A stretch of DNA of 64,000 nucleotides from Mycoplasmatota bacterium. Lineage in GTDB: Bacteria > Bacillota_I > Bacilli_A > RF39 > UBA660. The position numbers were made by a program, and so were the translations under genes. The notes below the pieces were generated by a model. It was not told where the DNA came from. It was given only the letters and a program-made list of their open reading frames with translations, and searched no databases. Each line of letters opens with the position of its first letter. Within the stretch, counting starts at the first letter, position 1. The stretch spans positions 2,283 to 66,282 of the forward strand of contig JALFKQ010000014.1 of NCBI GenBank assembly GCA_022774645.1. Direction: 5' to 3'. This document shows, one piece after another, positions 9,700 through 18,862 of this stretch.

Positions 9700-9978
9700 A
9701 TGATAATCGAAGTAGAAAACAATAAATATAAACTAATCAAAAATTATAGAGATGGATTTGATAAAGAAATGTTTTTCAACAGGTTTACTTCCTATTATAA
9801 TGAGTATGATTATATAGTTGGTGACATTGCATATTCAAAATTGAGACTGAAAGGCTTTAATAAAAAAAGTAACAAAAATCATAATAAAATTAATAGCTAT
9901 GATAATTTAGAAAAATATTTAAAAGAAAATTGTGCCTATGACTGCCGATACTTTATACTAGAAAAAATTAAAGAATAA
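9700..9978 (+). CDS. yutD: YutD-like protein (DUF1027)
   Basis: 'NYRDGFDKE...YDYIVGDIAYSKLRLKGF' matches the remembered YutD core; AAGGTGA RBS before the ATG at 9700. Confidence 0.5.
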   Translation: MIIEVENNKYKLIKNYRDGFDKEMFFNRFTSYYNEYDYIVGDIAYSKLRLKGFNKKSNKNHNKINSYDNLEKYLKENCAYDCRYFILEKIKE

Positions 9979-10076
9979 ATCTGTAAAGTCAATATAAACT
10001 GTAAAAAACATATCACATATGAATTGATATTGTTTTTTTTATGTGATAAAATAATAAAGATAGAAAGGATAAAAAA

Positions 10077-10331
10077 ATGAGTAGAATTTCAATAAAAAAT
10101 ATGGATGGAACTATGGAAGAAGTTGACTTAGTTAATGCATTTAAAATAAGTGAACTTAACAAAAGATTTGTGATTCTTTCGAAAGGAGAAAGTGCCGGAG
10201 AAGGAATGAGCAAGATATATATATCAGAATTTGTAGAAAATGAACCAGGTGTTTATAGCTTAATAGGTATAGAGGATGATAGTACTTGGCAAAAAGTAAA
10301 AGAAGCTATGAAACAAATAGTGGAAAGTTAG
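10077..10331 (+). CDS. small DUF1292-like protein
   Basis: 84 aa; pattern 'DGTMEEVDLVNAF...RFVILS...YISEFVE...LIGIEDDSTWQKV' resembles DUF1292. Confidence 0.4.
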   Translation: MSRISIKNMDGTMEEVDLVNAFKISELNKRFVILSKGESAGEGMSKIYISEFVENEPGVYSLIGIEDDSTWQKVKEAMKQIVES

Positions 10332-11306
10332 GTGAGAAAATTGACATTAACAAACGAAATAGACAATATAGTAAAAGGTAGCGTTGTAATGACACCAGGA
10401 TATGCATCAGATGTGAAAATTATAGGTGTTTCTTCAAGTACAGTATTACAAACTCCGACCCAAGAGGCCCCTTTGTCAAAAACAAGTGCATTCGTAAAAC
10501 CTGAAACAATAGCTCAAAGTGCAGAAAAAGTTTTAAATAGTGAAGCAATAGTAGGCACACAGGCACAAAATAATGAACCAGTTCAAAATGTTGGCCAAAA
10601 TGTAGCAATGCCAAATATATTTCCACAAGTTGCAACTCAAGAGCCAAGTGTACAACAAAATTATAAGCCAGTGATAGAAACCCAACAAGCTATTGAATCA
10701 GTTCCAGTTCAAGTAGCTAGTCCAGAAACTTTAAATACCCTAGTAACACCACAATTTGAACAAACAATGGGAACATTTGAAACAACACCAGAAGTAGCCA
10801 CTCCTGAAACATCAACGCATATGGAACAAAATGCATCTGCACAGGAAATTGCTAATTCAAACAACAATGCTGGTATGGCTGAAAATCAATATACACCATC
10901 ACAAGAAATAATTTCACCAGTACCGGAAGAATCAGATAATAATTTTGCTCAAACAAATCAGTATCCTGAACAACCTCCTGTGTTGCCAACAGAATTTGCT
11001 AAATCAGAAAACTCTAGTGATCATGAAGAGAAAAAAAATGAAACTCAAAGCAAAATAGTTTCATTATTAAAAGAAATAGTTTTAGCAAACATCGAAACAA
11101 ACAAAAAAATGCTTGAAAAAATAGAGAAAATAGAAACTGAATTAAAAAAAACAAAAAATAGAATAGATGATGGCGAATTAACAACAAACAATGTTGTTGA
11201 GCCAGTGTTTGAACAAACACCTAATAATACACAAGCACAATACAATGTACCAAATTTGGTTATGCCATCAAATGAAGGGACAAATGTATACACAATGCAT
11301 ATGTAA
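10332..11306 (+). CDS. hypothetical low-complexity Q/P/T/E-rich protein with a C-terminal coiled-coil-like segment
   Basis: Long ORF directly abutting the upstream stop; start uncertain (GTG at 10332 or ATG at 10389). Confidence 0.5.
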   Translation: MRKLTLTNEIDNIVKGSVVMTPGYASDVKIIGVSSSTVLQTPTQEAPLSKTSAFVKPETIAQSAEKVLNSEAIVGTQAQNNEPVQNVGQNVAMPNIFPQVATQEPSVQQNYKPVIETQQAIESVPVQVASPETLNTLVTPQFEQTMGTFETTPEVATPETSTHMEQNASAQEIANSNNNAGMAENQYTPSQEIISPVPEESDNNFAQTNQYPEQPPVLPTEFAKSENSSDHEEKKNETQSKIVSLLKEIVLANIETNKKMLEKIEKIETELKKTKNRIDDGELTTNNVVEPVFEQTPNNTQAQYNVPNLVMPSNEGTNVYTMHM

Positions 11307-11372
11307 AAGCTTAAACCAATAATATTTAAAACATTATTGGTTTTAATTTGCATAAAATTAAGTGATAGTGAT

Positions 11373-12272
11373 ATGAAAGAAATAATAAATGAAAATTATA
11401 ATTTAAAAGTTGATAAACTATATGAAAACTTTGGTGAAATATACTTTTTTGTTAATGAGTTTAAAATATTAGTAAAAAAAGTAACATTTGACGAATCAAC
11501 AATAAAAAGTATGGCCGAAATATCAAATGAATTATATAAAAAAGATTTAAAAATAAGTACTATTATTTTAAATAAGACAGGAGAATTTGTGACAAAAATA
11601 AAAAATGAGAAAATAGTACTTATACGAGAAAACTCAATAACTGAAAAAGTTGGATTAAAAAATATTTTAGAAGTATTTAAATTGAAATCAAATAGTCAGT
11701 TAATAAAAATAAATAATATGGAAGAAAATGCTGAAGAAGTGGACTATATTGAAAAAAAACTAACAACTTACAATAAAGAATATTTAAATATACAAAGTAA
11801 TATAGACTATTTTATTGGATTAGCTGAAAATAGTATTCAGTTACTTGGAAAAAGTATTAAAAATAGTAAAAAAGAAGATATGGGGATTATTATAAATTCT
11901 GATGATATAGATATGGCTTTTGAAAAAGAATACTATAATCCATTAAATATTAGAGTTGGTAGAATAGAATTAGCAATTGCAAACTATATAAAGTGGAAAA
12001 TATATACTGACTATATTGATTTTGAAGAATTAAAAATGATAGATCAAGAGAAAATAGATTATACTATTCTGTTGTCATATTTATTGTTTCCAAATTATTA
12101 TTTTAATGATGTGAAAAGAATTTTAAATAATAATAAAAAAGAAATAAGTATAAAAAAATACACTATTAACAATAAAAAATACATAAACTTTTTAAAATAT
12201 TACATAAATAAATATAGTTATAAAATTGAAAAAATAAATAATAGATATTGGATTAATTTACAATATCACTAA
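11373..12272 (+). CDS. hypothetical protein (299 aa)
   Basis: Long ORF with an ATG at 11373; no catalytic motif recognised. Confidence 0.55.
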   Translation: MKEIINENYNLKVDKLYENFGEIYFFVNEFKILVKKVTFDESTIKSMAEISNELYKKDLKISTIILNKTGEFVTKIKNEKIVLIRENSITEKVGLKNILEVFKLKSNSQLIKINNMEENAEEVDYIEKKLTTYNKEYLNIQSNIDYFIGLAENSIQLLGKSIKNSKKEDMGIIINSDDIDMAFEKEYYNPLNIRVGRIELAIANYIKWKIYTDYIDFEELKMIDQEKIDYTILLSYLLFPNYYFNDVKRILNNNKKEISIKKYTINNKKYINFLKYYINKYSYKIEKINNRYWINLQYH

Positions 12273-12301
12273 AAATATGATATAATGTGTAAGTGATTTA
12301 T

Positions 12302-12664
12302 ATGAGTGAGATTAAGATAAATAATATTGTTGAGGGACAAATTACTGGAATAACAAAATACGGAATATTTGTAAGTTTAGAAGATAATTATACAGGAATG
12401 GTACACATTTCTGAAGTATCAAATAAGTATGTCAATGATTTACAATCAAAATTCAAAATTGGTGATGTAATAAAAGTAAAAATAATCTCAATAGATGAAG
12501 ATAAACTTCAAGTAAAATTATCCATAAAAAAAATAACTGTAAGTAAAAAAAATAGAGTAGGAATAATAGAAAAGGGTGAGGGGTTTGAGCCTCTAAAGAA
12601 AAAATTACCATCCTGGACAGAAAAAAAATTAAAAGAATTAGAAAAAAATGAGAATTTATCTTGA
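12302..12664 (+). CDS. S1 RNA-binding domain protein (YugI/YabR-like)
   Basis: 'GQITGITKYGIFVSLEDNYTGMVHISEVS' S1 fold signature with a K-rich tail. Confidence 0.75.
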   Translation: MSEIKINNIVEGQITGITKYGIFVSLEDNYTGMVHISEVSNKYVNDLQSKFKIGDVIKVKIISIDEDKLQVKLSIKKITVSKKNRVGIIEKGEGFEPLKKKLPSWTEKKLKELEKNENLS

Positions 12665-12689
12665 CATCAAATTGAATAAATGATATATT
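12661..12689 (+). promoter_or_regulatory. strong sigma-A-type promoter for the tRNA operon
   Basis: TTGACA-17 nt-TATATT; the -35 box contains the TGA stop of the S1-domain gene. Confidence 0.6.
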
Positions 12690-12714
12690 TATATGCGTCA
12701 GCAGGAAATATTAT

Positions 12715-12791
12715 GGGCGATTAGCTCAGTTGGTTAGAGCATCTGCCTTACAAGCAGGGGGTCGGGAGTTCGAGTCTCTCATCGCCCACCA
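12715..12791 (+). tRNA. tRNA-Val(TAC)
   Basis: Acceptor GGGCGAT/ATCGCCC, anticodon loop CTTACAA, T-loop TTCGAGT, encoded CCA. Confidence 0.9.
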
Positions 12792-12797
12792 TAATTT

Positions 12798-12873
<76 letters not shown>

Positions 12874-12878
12874 CTAAT

Positions 12879-12962
12879 GGAGAGATAGCGAAGAGGCTAA
12901 ACGCGGCAGACTGTAAATCTGTTCCTTCGGGTTCGGTGGTTCGAATCCACCTCTCTCCACCA
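12879..12962 (+). tRNA. tRNA-Tyr(GTA)
   Basis: Long-variable-arm tRNA, anticodon loop CTGTAAA, encoded CCA. Confidence 0.9.
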
Positions 12963-12972
12963 CTTGTAATTT

Positions 12973-13048
12973 TGCCTCGTAGCCAAGTGGTAAGGCACAA
13001 GACTTTGACTCTTGCATTCCGCTGGTTCGAATCCAGCCGAGGCAACCA
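12973..13048 (+). tRNA. tRNA-Gln(TTG)
   Basis: Acceptor TGCCTCG/CGAGGCA, anticodon loop CTTTGAC, encoded CCA. Confidence 0.85.
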
Positions 13049-13065
13049 AAAATATAATATAATCC

Positions 13066-13141
13066 GTCTCGCTAGCTCAGCCGGTAGAGCACTTGACTTT
13101 TAATCAAGGGGTCTGGAGTTCGAATCTCCAGCGAGACACCA
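13066..13141 (+). tRNA. tRNA-Lys(TTT)
   Basis: Acceptor GTCTCGC/GCGAGAC, anticodon loop CTTTTAA, encoded CCA. Confidence 0.9.
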
Positions 13142-13149
13142 AATTTTGT

Positions 13150-13238
13150 GCCTCAGTGGCGGAATAGGTAGACGCACAGGACTTAAAATCCTGCGAGTGT
13201 AAAAGCTCATATCGGTTCAAGTCCGATCTGAGGCACCA
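13150..13238 (+). tRNA. tRNA-Leu(TAA)
   Basis: Long variable arm, anticodon loop CTTAAAA, encoded CCA. Confidence 0.9.
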
Positions 13239-13247
13239 ATATAAAGT

Positions 13248-13340
13248 GGAGGAATACCCAAGTCTGGTTGAAGGGACCGGTCTTGAAAACCGGGAGGTCG
13301 AGAAATCGGCGCAGGGGTTCGAATCCCTTTTCCTCCGCCA
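13248..13340 (+). tRNA. tRNA-Ser(TGA)
   Basis: Long variable arm, anticodon loop CTTGAAA, encoded CCA. Confidence 0.9.
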
Positions 13341-13354
13341 CTTAATTTTCAAAT

Positions 13355-13431
<77 letters not shown>

Positions 13432-13434
13432 AAT

Positions 13435-13510
13435 GGTTCCGTGGTGTAGTGGTTATCACACTCGCCTGTCACGCGAGGGATCGCGGGTTCAAGTCCCGTC
13501 GGAACCGCCA
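13435..13510 (+). tRNA. tRNA-Asp(GTC)
   Basis: Acceptor GGTTCCG/CGGAACC, anticodon loop CTGTCAC, encoded CCA. Confidence 0.9.
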
Positions 13511-13513
13511 TGT

Positions 13514-13589
13514 GGCTTCATAGCTCAGTTGGCAGAGCACAAGACTGAAAATCTTGGTGTCGTTGGTTCGATTCCAACTGAAGCCACCA
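13514..13589 (+). tRNA. tRNA-Phe(GAA)
   Basis: Acceptor GGCTTCA/TGAAGCC, anticodon loop CTGAAAA, encoded CCA. Confidence 0.9.
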
Positions 13590-13655
13590 TTTTGTTAAGT
13601 AATTCGCATATGAGATGTTTTAATTTATCAAAAAGGTTCGACTGGGAATTGAAAC

Positions 13656-13732
13656 GCGCTCATAGCTCAATTGGATAGAGCATTTGACTACGGATCAAAA
13701 GGTTATGGGTTCGACTCCTATTGGGCGCACCA
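13656..13732 (+). tRNA. tRNA-Arg(ACG)
   Basis: Anticodon loop CTACGGA, T-loop TTCGACT, encoded CCA. Confidence 0.9.
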
Positions 13733-13738
13733 TTAAAA

Positions 13739-13815
13739 CGGGAAGTGGCTCAACTTGGTAGAGCATTTGGTTTGGGACCAAGGGGTTGCAGGTTCAAATC
13801 CTGTCTTCCCGACCA
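13739..13815 (+). tRNA. tRNA-Pro(TGG)
   Basis: Starts CGGGAAG, anticodon loop TTTGGGA, encoded CCA. Confidence 0.9.
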
Positions 13816-13826
13816 TCGAGTAATTT

Positions 13827-13849
13827 AGTCCATTATTTGGACTTTTTTA
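13827..13849 (+). terminator. rho-independent terminator of the tRNA operon
   Basis: AGTCCA-TTATT-TGGACT hairpin followed by TTTTTT. Confidence 0.7.
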
Positions 13850-13890
13850 TTTGTGTGATTTTAGTAGTGATAAATTAGTCACATGAATAA

Positions 13891-14662
13891 TTAAAATTCT
13901 ATTTTTTTAAACAATTTATCTATTGAGTTGATTTTTATTATAAATTCGGTTCCATGATAATGTGGAACATAATCATCAGATATATTTTTTTTAGAAGAAA
14001 TATTAAATTTGATGTATATATCACCTGATTTTAAAAGGCTAATTCTATTATTTTTACCTCTATAGATATCCATATTATAATAATGTACATAGATGCTGTT
14101 TTTAATAACATATTTGTTATATATGACTAGAGCTAAAAAACTGAGTTTAGATATAAAAGTTTTTGGCTATGTCAGAATAATTTCAATATATAATTCTGCT
14201 AGTTGAAGATTTAATTTTACTATGATATGACAACACAACTCTATGATTAATATCATCAAAAATAAGTTTAAAGGACAAATTGTTTCTTAAGTAAACAGTT
14301 TGATTCGAACTAATTATTGAATAGAATTTAGAATTCACAATTTTCCATTTTAAATTAATATTTTCATAGAAGAAAGTACGAAAAAAAATAAGAAATTTTT
14401 TGATCAAAACTCATATTATCTAATTGTGGTATAATACTAAAAAGAGTTAAATCGTAGTGATTCTTTTTAAGCAATGCTTTAATTTCTATGCCATCATAAT
14501 CAGGTAGTCTAAGGTTATCTTTTTTTTATTTAACAGAGTTTCAAACATCCTACCAGGAGTCCCACTATCATAGTTATTGCACTTGATGTATCTAAGTTCT
14601 TTAATTTTAGCAAATTTGCTTTTTAAGTTAATTATATTGTTATTAGTATCTGAATTCAACAT
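13891..14662 (-). pseudogene. MvaI/BcnI-like (MutH-fold) type II restriction endonuclease, disrupted by frameshifts and stops
   Basis: AAGGGGGA RBS plus the ATG at 14662. Translation 'SGTPGRMFETLLNKKK' continues as 'DNLRLPDYDGIEIKALLKKNHYDLTLFS' only after a +1 shift in an A8 run (plus-strand T8 at 14520-14527). Further frame changes lead to the fragments 14183-14407 and 13891-14073, the last ending 'HYHGTEFIIKINSIDKLFKKIEF'. Total span is about 257 codons, similar to BcnI-size enzymes. Confidence 0.6.
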
Positions 14663-14781
14663 AATTCCCCCTTATTAATGTATTTAGCAATAAAAAACAA
14701 AAACACTTCAAAAAATGTAAAAAAAGTAAAAAAGTAAAAAAAATATCGATAACCCTAAGAATAAATGGTAGAATATAAAAT

Positions 14782-15330
14782 ATGGAAAGTGTAATTAAAA
14801 TAGTAAATGAAAACTCAGATAAAGTAATAAAAGAAAATAATTTTTTAGCCATAGGATTTCAAAATAGGTTGGCAACTAGGCTTATGAATATTTTTCAAAA
14901 AAATAAAATAGTAGTCAACAGTAAAATTATCTCAAAAAAGATAGAAGAAAATTTGACAAATAATATGATAGATATAAATTTTGAAGTGATTTCAAAATAC
15001 AGATATATGCTGAGAAAATATGAAGAAATCATACAAGAAAAAGTGAAAACTAAATGTGATGTAGAAACAATTAAGAAAGCTACAATGTCATTTATAGGCA
15101 AAATATCACAAAAAAATAATGAAATGCTAAACACTAAGATAGCAAACAATTTGATTGAAGACATGAACTCAACTATTTTAGTATATGATAATCAAAAATT
15201 ATATACTGAAGTTATAAAAAGAATAAATATAGATACTAATGAAATAATAACAGAAATCAATAAAAATAATTACAATTATGTTATACAATCCATAAACATT
15301 ATAATCAAAAATATTATCAATAATATGTGA
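14782..15330 (+). CDS. hypothetical protein (182 aa, helical, N/I/K-rich)
   Basis: ORF with no SD; TAGAAT -10 box 7 nt upstream of the ATG. Confidence 0.5.
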   Translation: MESVIKIVNENSDKVIKENNFLAIGFQNRLATRLMNIFQKNKIVVNSKIISKKIEENLTNNMIDINFEVISKYRYMLRKYEEIIQEKVKTKCDVETIKKATMSFIGKISQKNNEMLNTKIANNLIEDMNSTILVYDNQKLYTEVIKRINIDTNEIITEINKNNYNYVIQSINIIIKNIINNM

Positions 15331-15402
15331 TATATGATGCAATAATTGAATAAAATATTGTTTTTTACATAATAATAATGTAAAATTATGTCAGGTGATA
15401 AA

Positions 15403-15843
15403 ATGAAAAATAATACTTACAAATTTGTGTGTGAATTTATGAAAAAGTTTCCTAAAACAATTGCTTTTAGAGTAAAAAAACATGCTCAAGTAGTAAATAT
15501 TCATTTGAACAAAGATGAAAAAGTTATATATGCATTTTGTGGTCAAAATAATATAAGCTCACTAATGATAATAAATAGTTGTGTTGTAGCTTTAACTAAT
15601 CAAAGAATAATAATAGGTCAAAAAAGACTTTTTTGGGGATACTTTTTTACTACAATAACACCAGACTTATATAATGACTTAAAAGTTAGAAAAAATCTAA
15701 TTTGGAGTGATATTGAGATTGATACCGTGAAAGAAAATATATACATATCCAATTTAGACCCAAGAGGAGCTATAGAAATTGAAAATATAATTTCAAATTT
15801 TATGATGAAAGAAAAACAAAAATATGGTAAAAGGGAAAAATAA
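15403..15843 (+). CDS. hypothetical protein, possibly a bacterial PH-domain (DUF304-like) protein
   Basis: AGGTGA RBS before the ATG at 15403; 'DEKVIYAFCGQ...VVALTNQRIIIGQKRLF' resembles bPH_2 proteins. Confidence 0.4.
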   Translation: MKNNTYKFVCEFMKKFPKTIAFRVKKHAQVVNIHLNKDEKVIYAFCGQNNISSLMIINSCVVALTNQRIIIGQKRLFWGYFFTTITPDLYNDLKVRKNLIWSDIEIDTVKENIYISNLDPRGAIEIENIISNFMMKEKQKYGKREK

Positions 15844-17080
15844 AAAGAAATATGTAATATTTGCAATAATTTTAACATTTTTTTTCTTACTAAATAAAAA
15901 TGTATTTGCTTCAGAATTAAATTTAAATAGTGAAAAATATGTGTTATACAATTTGAATGAAAATATAATTTTAGATAAAAAGGATGAAAATAAAGAAACA
16001 TCGGTTGCAAGTTTAACAAAGATAATGACAACAATTGTTGCAATTGAGAATATAAAGGACTACAATGAAAAAGTTACAATAACGAAAGAAATGTTTGAAG
16101 ATATTGCTTGGGATGTTTCAGTAGCAGGTTTTAAAATTAATGACATTGTTACATATAATGATCTGCTATATGGAGCAATTTTACCGAGTGGAGCGGATGC
16201 TGTAAATGCTCTTGCAATTTCAGTGTCTAATAGTTATGAAGATTTTGTAAAGTTAATGAATAAAAAAGTTAATGAATTAAAATTAAAACACACTCATTTT
16301 TCAACTGTTACAGGGTTATATGATGAGAATAATTATAGTAGTGCTTATGATATTGCACAAATATTAAAATATGCTCTTAAAAATAAAAAGTTTAAAGAAG
16401 TTTTTGAATCTAAAAAATATACATTTACAACTGGCAAAACTGTTAAAAGCACTATTGAACATTATAACTCAAGAATAGGCTCAAAAAATATTTCATACAT
16501 TACAGGAGCAAAAACTGGTTATATAAATGCTTCTGGATACTGTCTTGCAACAACTGCAAGGATAAATAATGTGGATTACATGCTAATAACATTGAATGCT
16601 GATAATACAAAAACAGCACCACATATTGAAGATGCTATAGAAGCCTATGAGTATTATTCAAAAAATTATGGAAATAAAATAATAGTCGATAAAGATGATA
16701 CTATTGTTACATTAAAAACTAAAAGTGCCAAGGAAAAGAAAATAAGTATTAAAGCTAATACAGTGGTAGAAAAATACTTAAAGAATGATTTTGACAAAAG
16801 TAAGATTAAGTATAACTACAATGGAGTGAAAAAAGTTTCTTATTTCACAAAAAAAGGAACAAAATTGGGCACAGTTGAAATAGTTTATAATGATAGTGTA
16901 CTCAAAAATTTTGATTTAATCTATTCACAACCCCTAACATTTAGTTTGCTTTCATTTCTATGGAATAATCTATTTTTGATATTATTTTTACTTTTTATAT
17001 TATTTATATTATTTAGAATAGTTCAGTTATCGTATAAAAAAAGAAAAAGAAGAAATAAAAGAAGACGACAATTAAGATAA
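15824..17080 (+). CDS. D-alanyl-D-alanine carboxypeptidase (S11) with a C-terminal TM anchor and K/R tail
   Basis: Signal peptide; SxxK 'SLTKIMT', SxN 'SGAD', 'KTGYI'; C-terminal hydrophobic helix plus 'KKRKRRNKRRR'. Confidence 0.8.
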   Translation: MVKGKNKKKYVIFAIILTFFFLLNKNVFASELNLNSEKYVLYNLNENIILDKKDENKETSVASLTKIMTTIVAIENIKDYNEKVTITKEMFEDIAWDVSVAGFKINDIVTYNDLLYGAILPSGADAVNALAISVSNSYEDFVKLMNKKVNELKLKHTHFSTVTGLYDENNYSSAYDIAQILKYALKNKKFKEVFESKKYTFTTGKTVKSTIEHYNSRIGSKNISYITGAKTGYINASGYCLATTARINNVDYMLITLNADNTKTAPHIEDAIEAYEYYSKNYGNKIIVDKDDTIVTLKTKSAKEKKISIKANTVVEKYLKNDFDKSKIKYNYNGVKKVSYFTKKGTKLGTVEIVYNDSVLKNFDLIYSQPLTFSLLSFLWNNLFLILFLLFILFILFRIVQLSYKKRKRRNKRRRQLR

Positions 17081-17099
17081 AACTCATTATTTAAAGGAT

Positions 17100-17127
17100 G
17101 CACAGTACATAAATACTGTGCTTTTAT
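17100..17127 (+). terminator. rho-independent terminator
   Basis: GCACAGTA...TACTGTGC hairpin followed by a T-run. Confidence 0.6.
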
Positions 17128-17172
17128 ATTGTGAATCAAAACCATAGATTAAAAGTAGAATATAAATATTTA

Positions 17173-17201
17173 TTGACAAGAAGTTGATAAAATTTTACAA
17201 T
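17173..17201 (+). promoter_or_regulatory. sigma-A-type promoter of rny
   Basis: TTGACA-17 nt-TACAAT. Confidence 0.55.
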
Positions 17202-17252
17202 ATAAATAGAAGTCAATGTAAACTTCTAGAAAGATATAATGGAGGAATTTTT

Positions 17253-18806
17253 ATGGATAATGTAATCTTCTCCATTTTGCTTGTTATAGTTGGATTATTT
17301 GTTGGTGCATTTATAATGATTATTATAAATAAGTTAAAAGTAAGTGCAGCACAAAAAGAAGCTGAAAAAATAATTCAAGATGCCAAGAAGGAAGCTGAAA
17401 AAGCAAAAAGAGATGGTGTCTTAGAATTAAAAGAAGAAAGCTATAAATTAAAAAATCAAACTGACGCAGAGATTAAGGAAAAAAAGAAAGAACTTAATGA
17501 ACTTAATCAAAGAATTGATAACAGAGAAAAAAGTTTAGACAAAAGAGATGAATTATTAACCGAAAGAGAAAAAAACTTAGAGTTAAAAGATAAAGATTTA
17601 TTAGCTAAGCAAAAAGAAATTCAAGAAAAAGATGCAAAAATGGAGAGCATAATAAAAGAGCAAATAGCTCTTTTGGAAAAAATATCTGGTTTTTCTAAAG
17701 AAAAAGCTAGAGAAATGGTACTTAAAAAAGTAGAAGAAGAAATGAACAGAGAAATATTTGTTTATTTAAAAGAAAGAGAAGATGAAGCAAAGTTAGAGGC
17801 TGACAGAAAAGCAAAAGAAATGATTGTTTCTAGTATGCAAAGATATTCTAGTGATGTAACTAGTGAACAAACTGTCAGTACAGTAGAACTTCCAAATGAT
17901 GAAATGAAGGGAAGAATCATAGGTCGTGAGGGAAGAAACATAAGAACTATTGAAGCTGTTACTGGGGTTGATCTTATAATTGATGATACTCCAGAAGTAA
18001 TAGTATTGTCATCATTTGACCCACTAAGAAGGGAAATTGCAAAAGTAACCTTAGAAACTTTAATAAAGGATGGAAGAATTCATCCTGCAAGAATTGAAGA
18101 ACTTTATGATAAAGTATGTGAGGATTATAAAAAAATCATAAGAGAAAAAGGTGAAGAAGCTTTATTCGAACTTGGAATTTCTAGAGTCGATCCTGAGATA
18201 GTTGAATTAGTTGGAAAACTTGCCTTTAGAACAAGCTATGGACAAGATGCACTTGCACATAGTAAAGAAGTTGCACATCTAGCTGGATTAATGGCTAGTG
18301 AAATTGGTGAAAATGTTTCACTTGCAAAAAGAGCTGGATTACTTCATGATATTGGAAAAGCAATAGACTTTGAAGTTGAAGGAAGTCATGTTGAAATTGG
18401 AGCTGATATAGCTAAGAAACATGGTGAGGATAAGGTTGTTATTAATGCAATTGAATCTCATCATGGCGATAAAAAAGCTGAATATATTATCTCAGAACTT
18501 GTTGCTATAGCAGATGCATTAAGTGCATCAAGACCAGGAGCTAGAAATGACTCTTTAGAAAATTATGTAAAAAGACTTGAAGAACTTGAAAATATAGGTA
18601 ATAGCATTGAAGGAGTAGAGAAAACATTTGCAATGCAAGCAGGAAGAGAACTTCGTGTTATGGTAAAACCTGATCAAATTGATGATTTATCAAGTTACAA
18701 AGTAGCTCGTGAAATCAAAGACAAAATTGAAGAAACAATGCAATATCCAGGCACTATAAAAGTAGTGGTTATTAGAGAAACAAGAGCAGAAGAAGTTGCA
18801 AAATAA
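17253..18806 (+). CDS. rny: ribonuclease Y
   Basis: GGAGGA RBS; N-terminal TM helix, coiled coil, KH '[12 protein letters not shown]', HD domain 'LLHDIGKA'. Confidence 0.9.
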   Translation: MDNVIFSILLVIVGLFVGAFIMIIINKLKVSAAQKEAEKIIQDAKKEAEKAKRDGVLELKEESYKLKNQTDAEIKEKKKELNELNQRIDNREKSLDKRDELLTEREKNLELKDKDLLAKQKEIQEKDAKMESIIKEQIALLEKISGFSKEKAREMVLKKVEEEMNREIFVYLKEREDEAKLEADRKAKEMIVSSMQRYSSDVTSEQTVSTVELPNDEMKGRIIGREGRNIRTIEAVTGVDLIIDDTPEVIVLSSFDPLRREIAKVTLETLIKDGRIHPARIEELYDKVCEDYKKIIREKGEEALFELGISRVDPEIVELVGKLAFRTSYGQDALAHSKEVAHLAGLMASEIGENVSLAKRAGLLHDIGKAIDFEVEGSHVEIGADIAKKHGEDKVVINAIESHHGDKKAEYIISELVAIADALSASRPGARNDSLENYVKRLEELENIGNSIEGVEKTFAMQAGRELRVMVKPDQIDDLSSYKVAREIKDKIEETMQYPGTIKVVVIRETRAEEVAK

Positions 18807-18862
18807 CTTCTTTTTCTTTTTAACTTAAATAAAGTATGGTAGAATACTTAGTAGGTGATAAA

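Noticed and set aside
11373-12272. Possible CotS/YutH-like spore-coat kinase-fold protein
   Set aside because: Only a vague N-terminal and 'YLLFPNYYF' resemblance. I could not find the HxDxxxxN catalytic loop or a DFG/DxD motif, so the gene is left as hypothetical.
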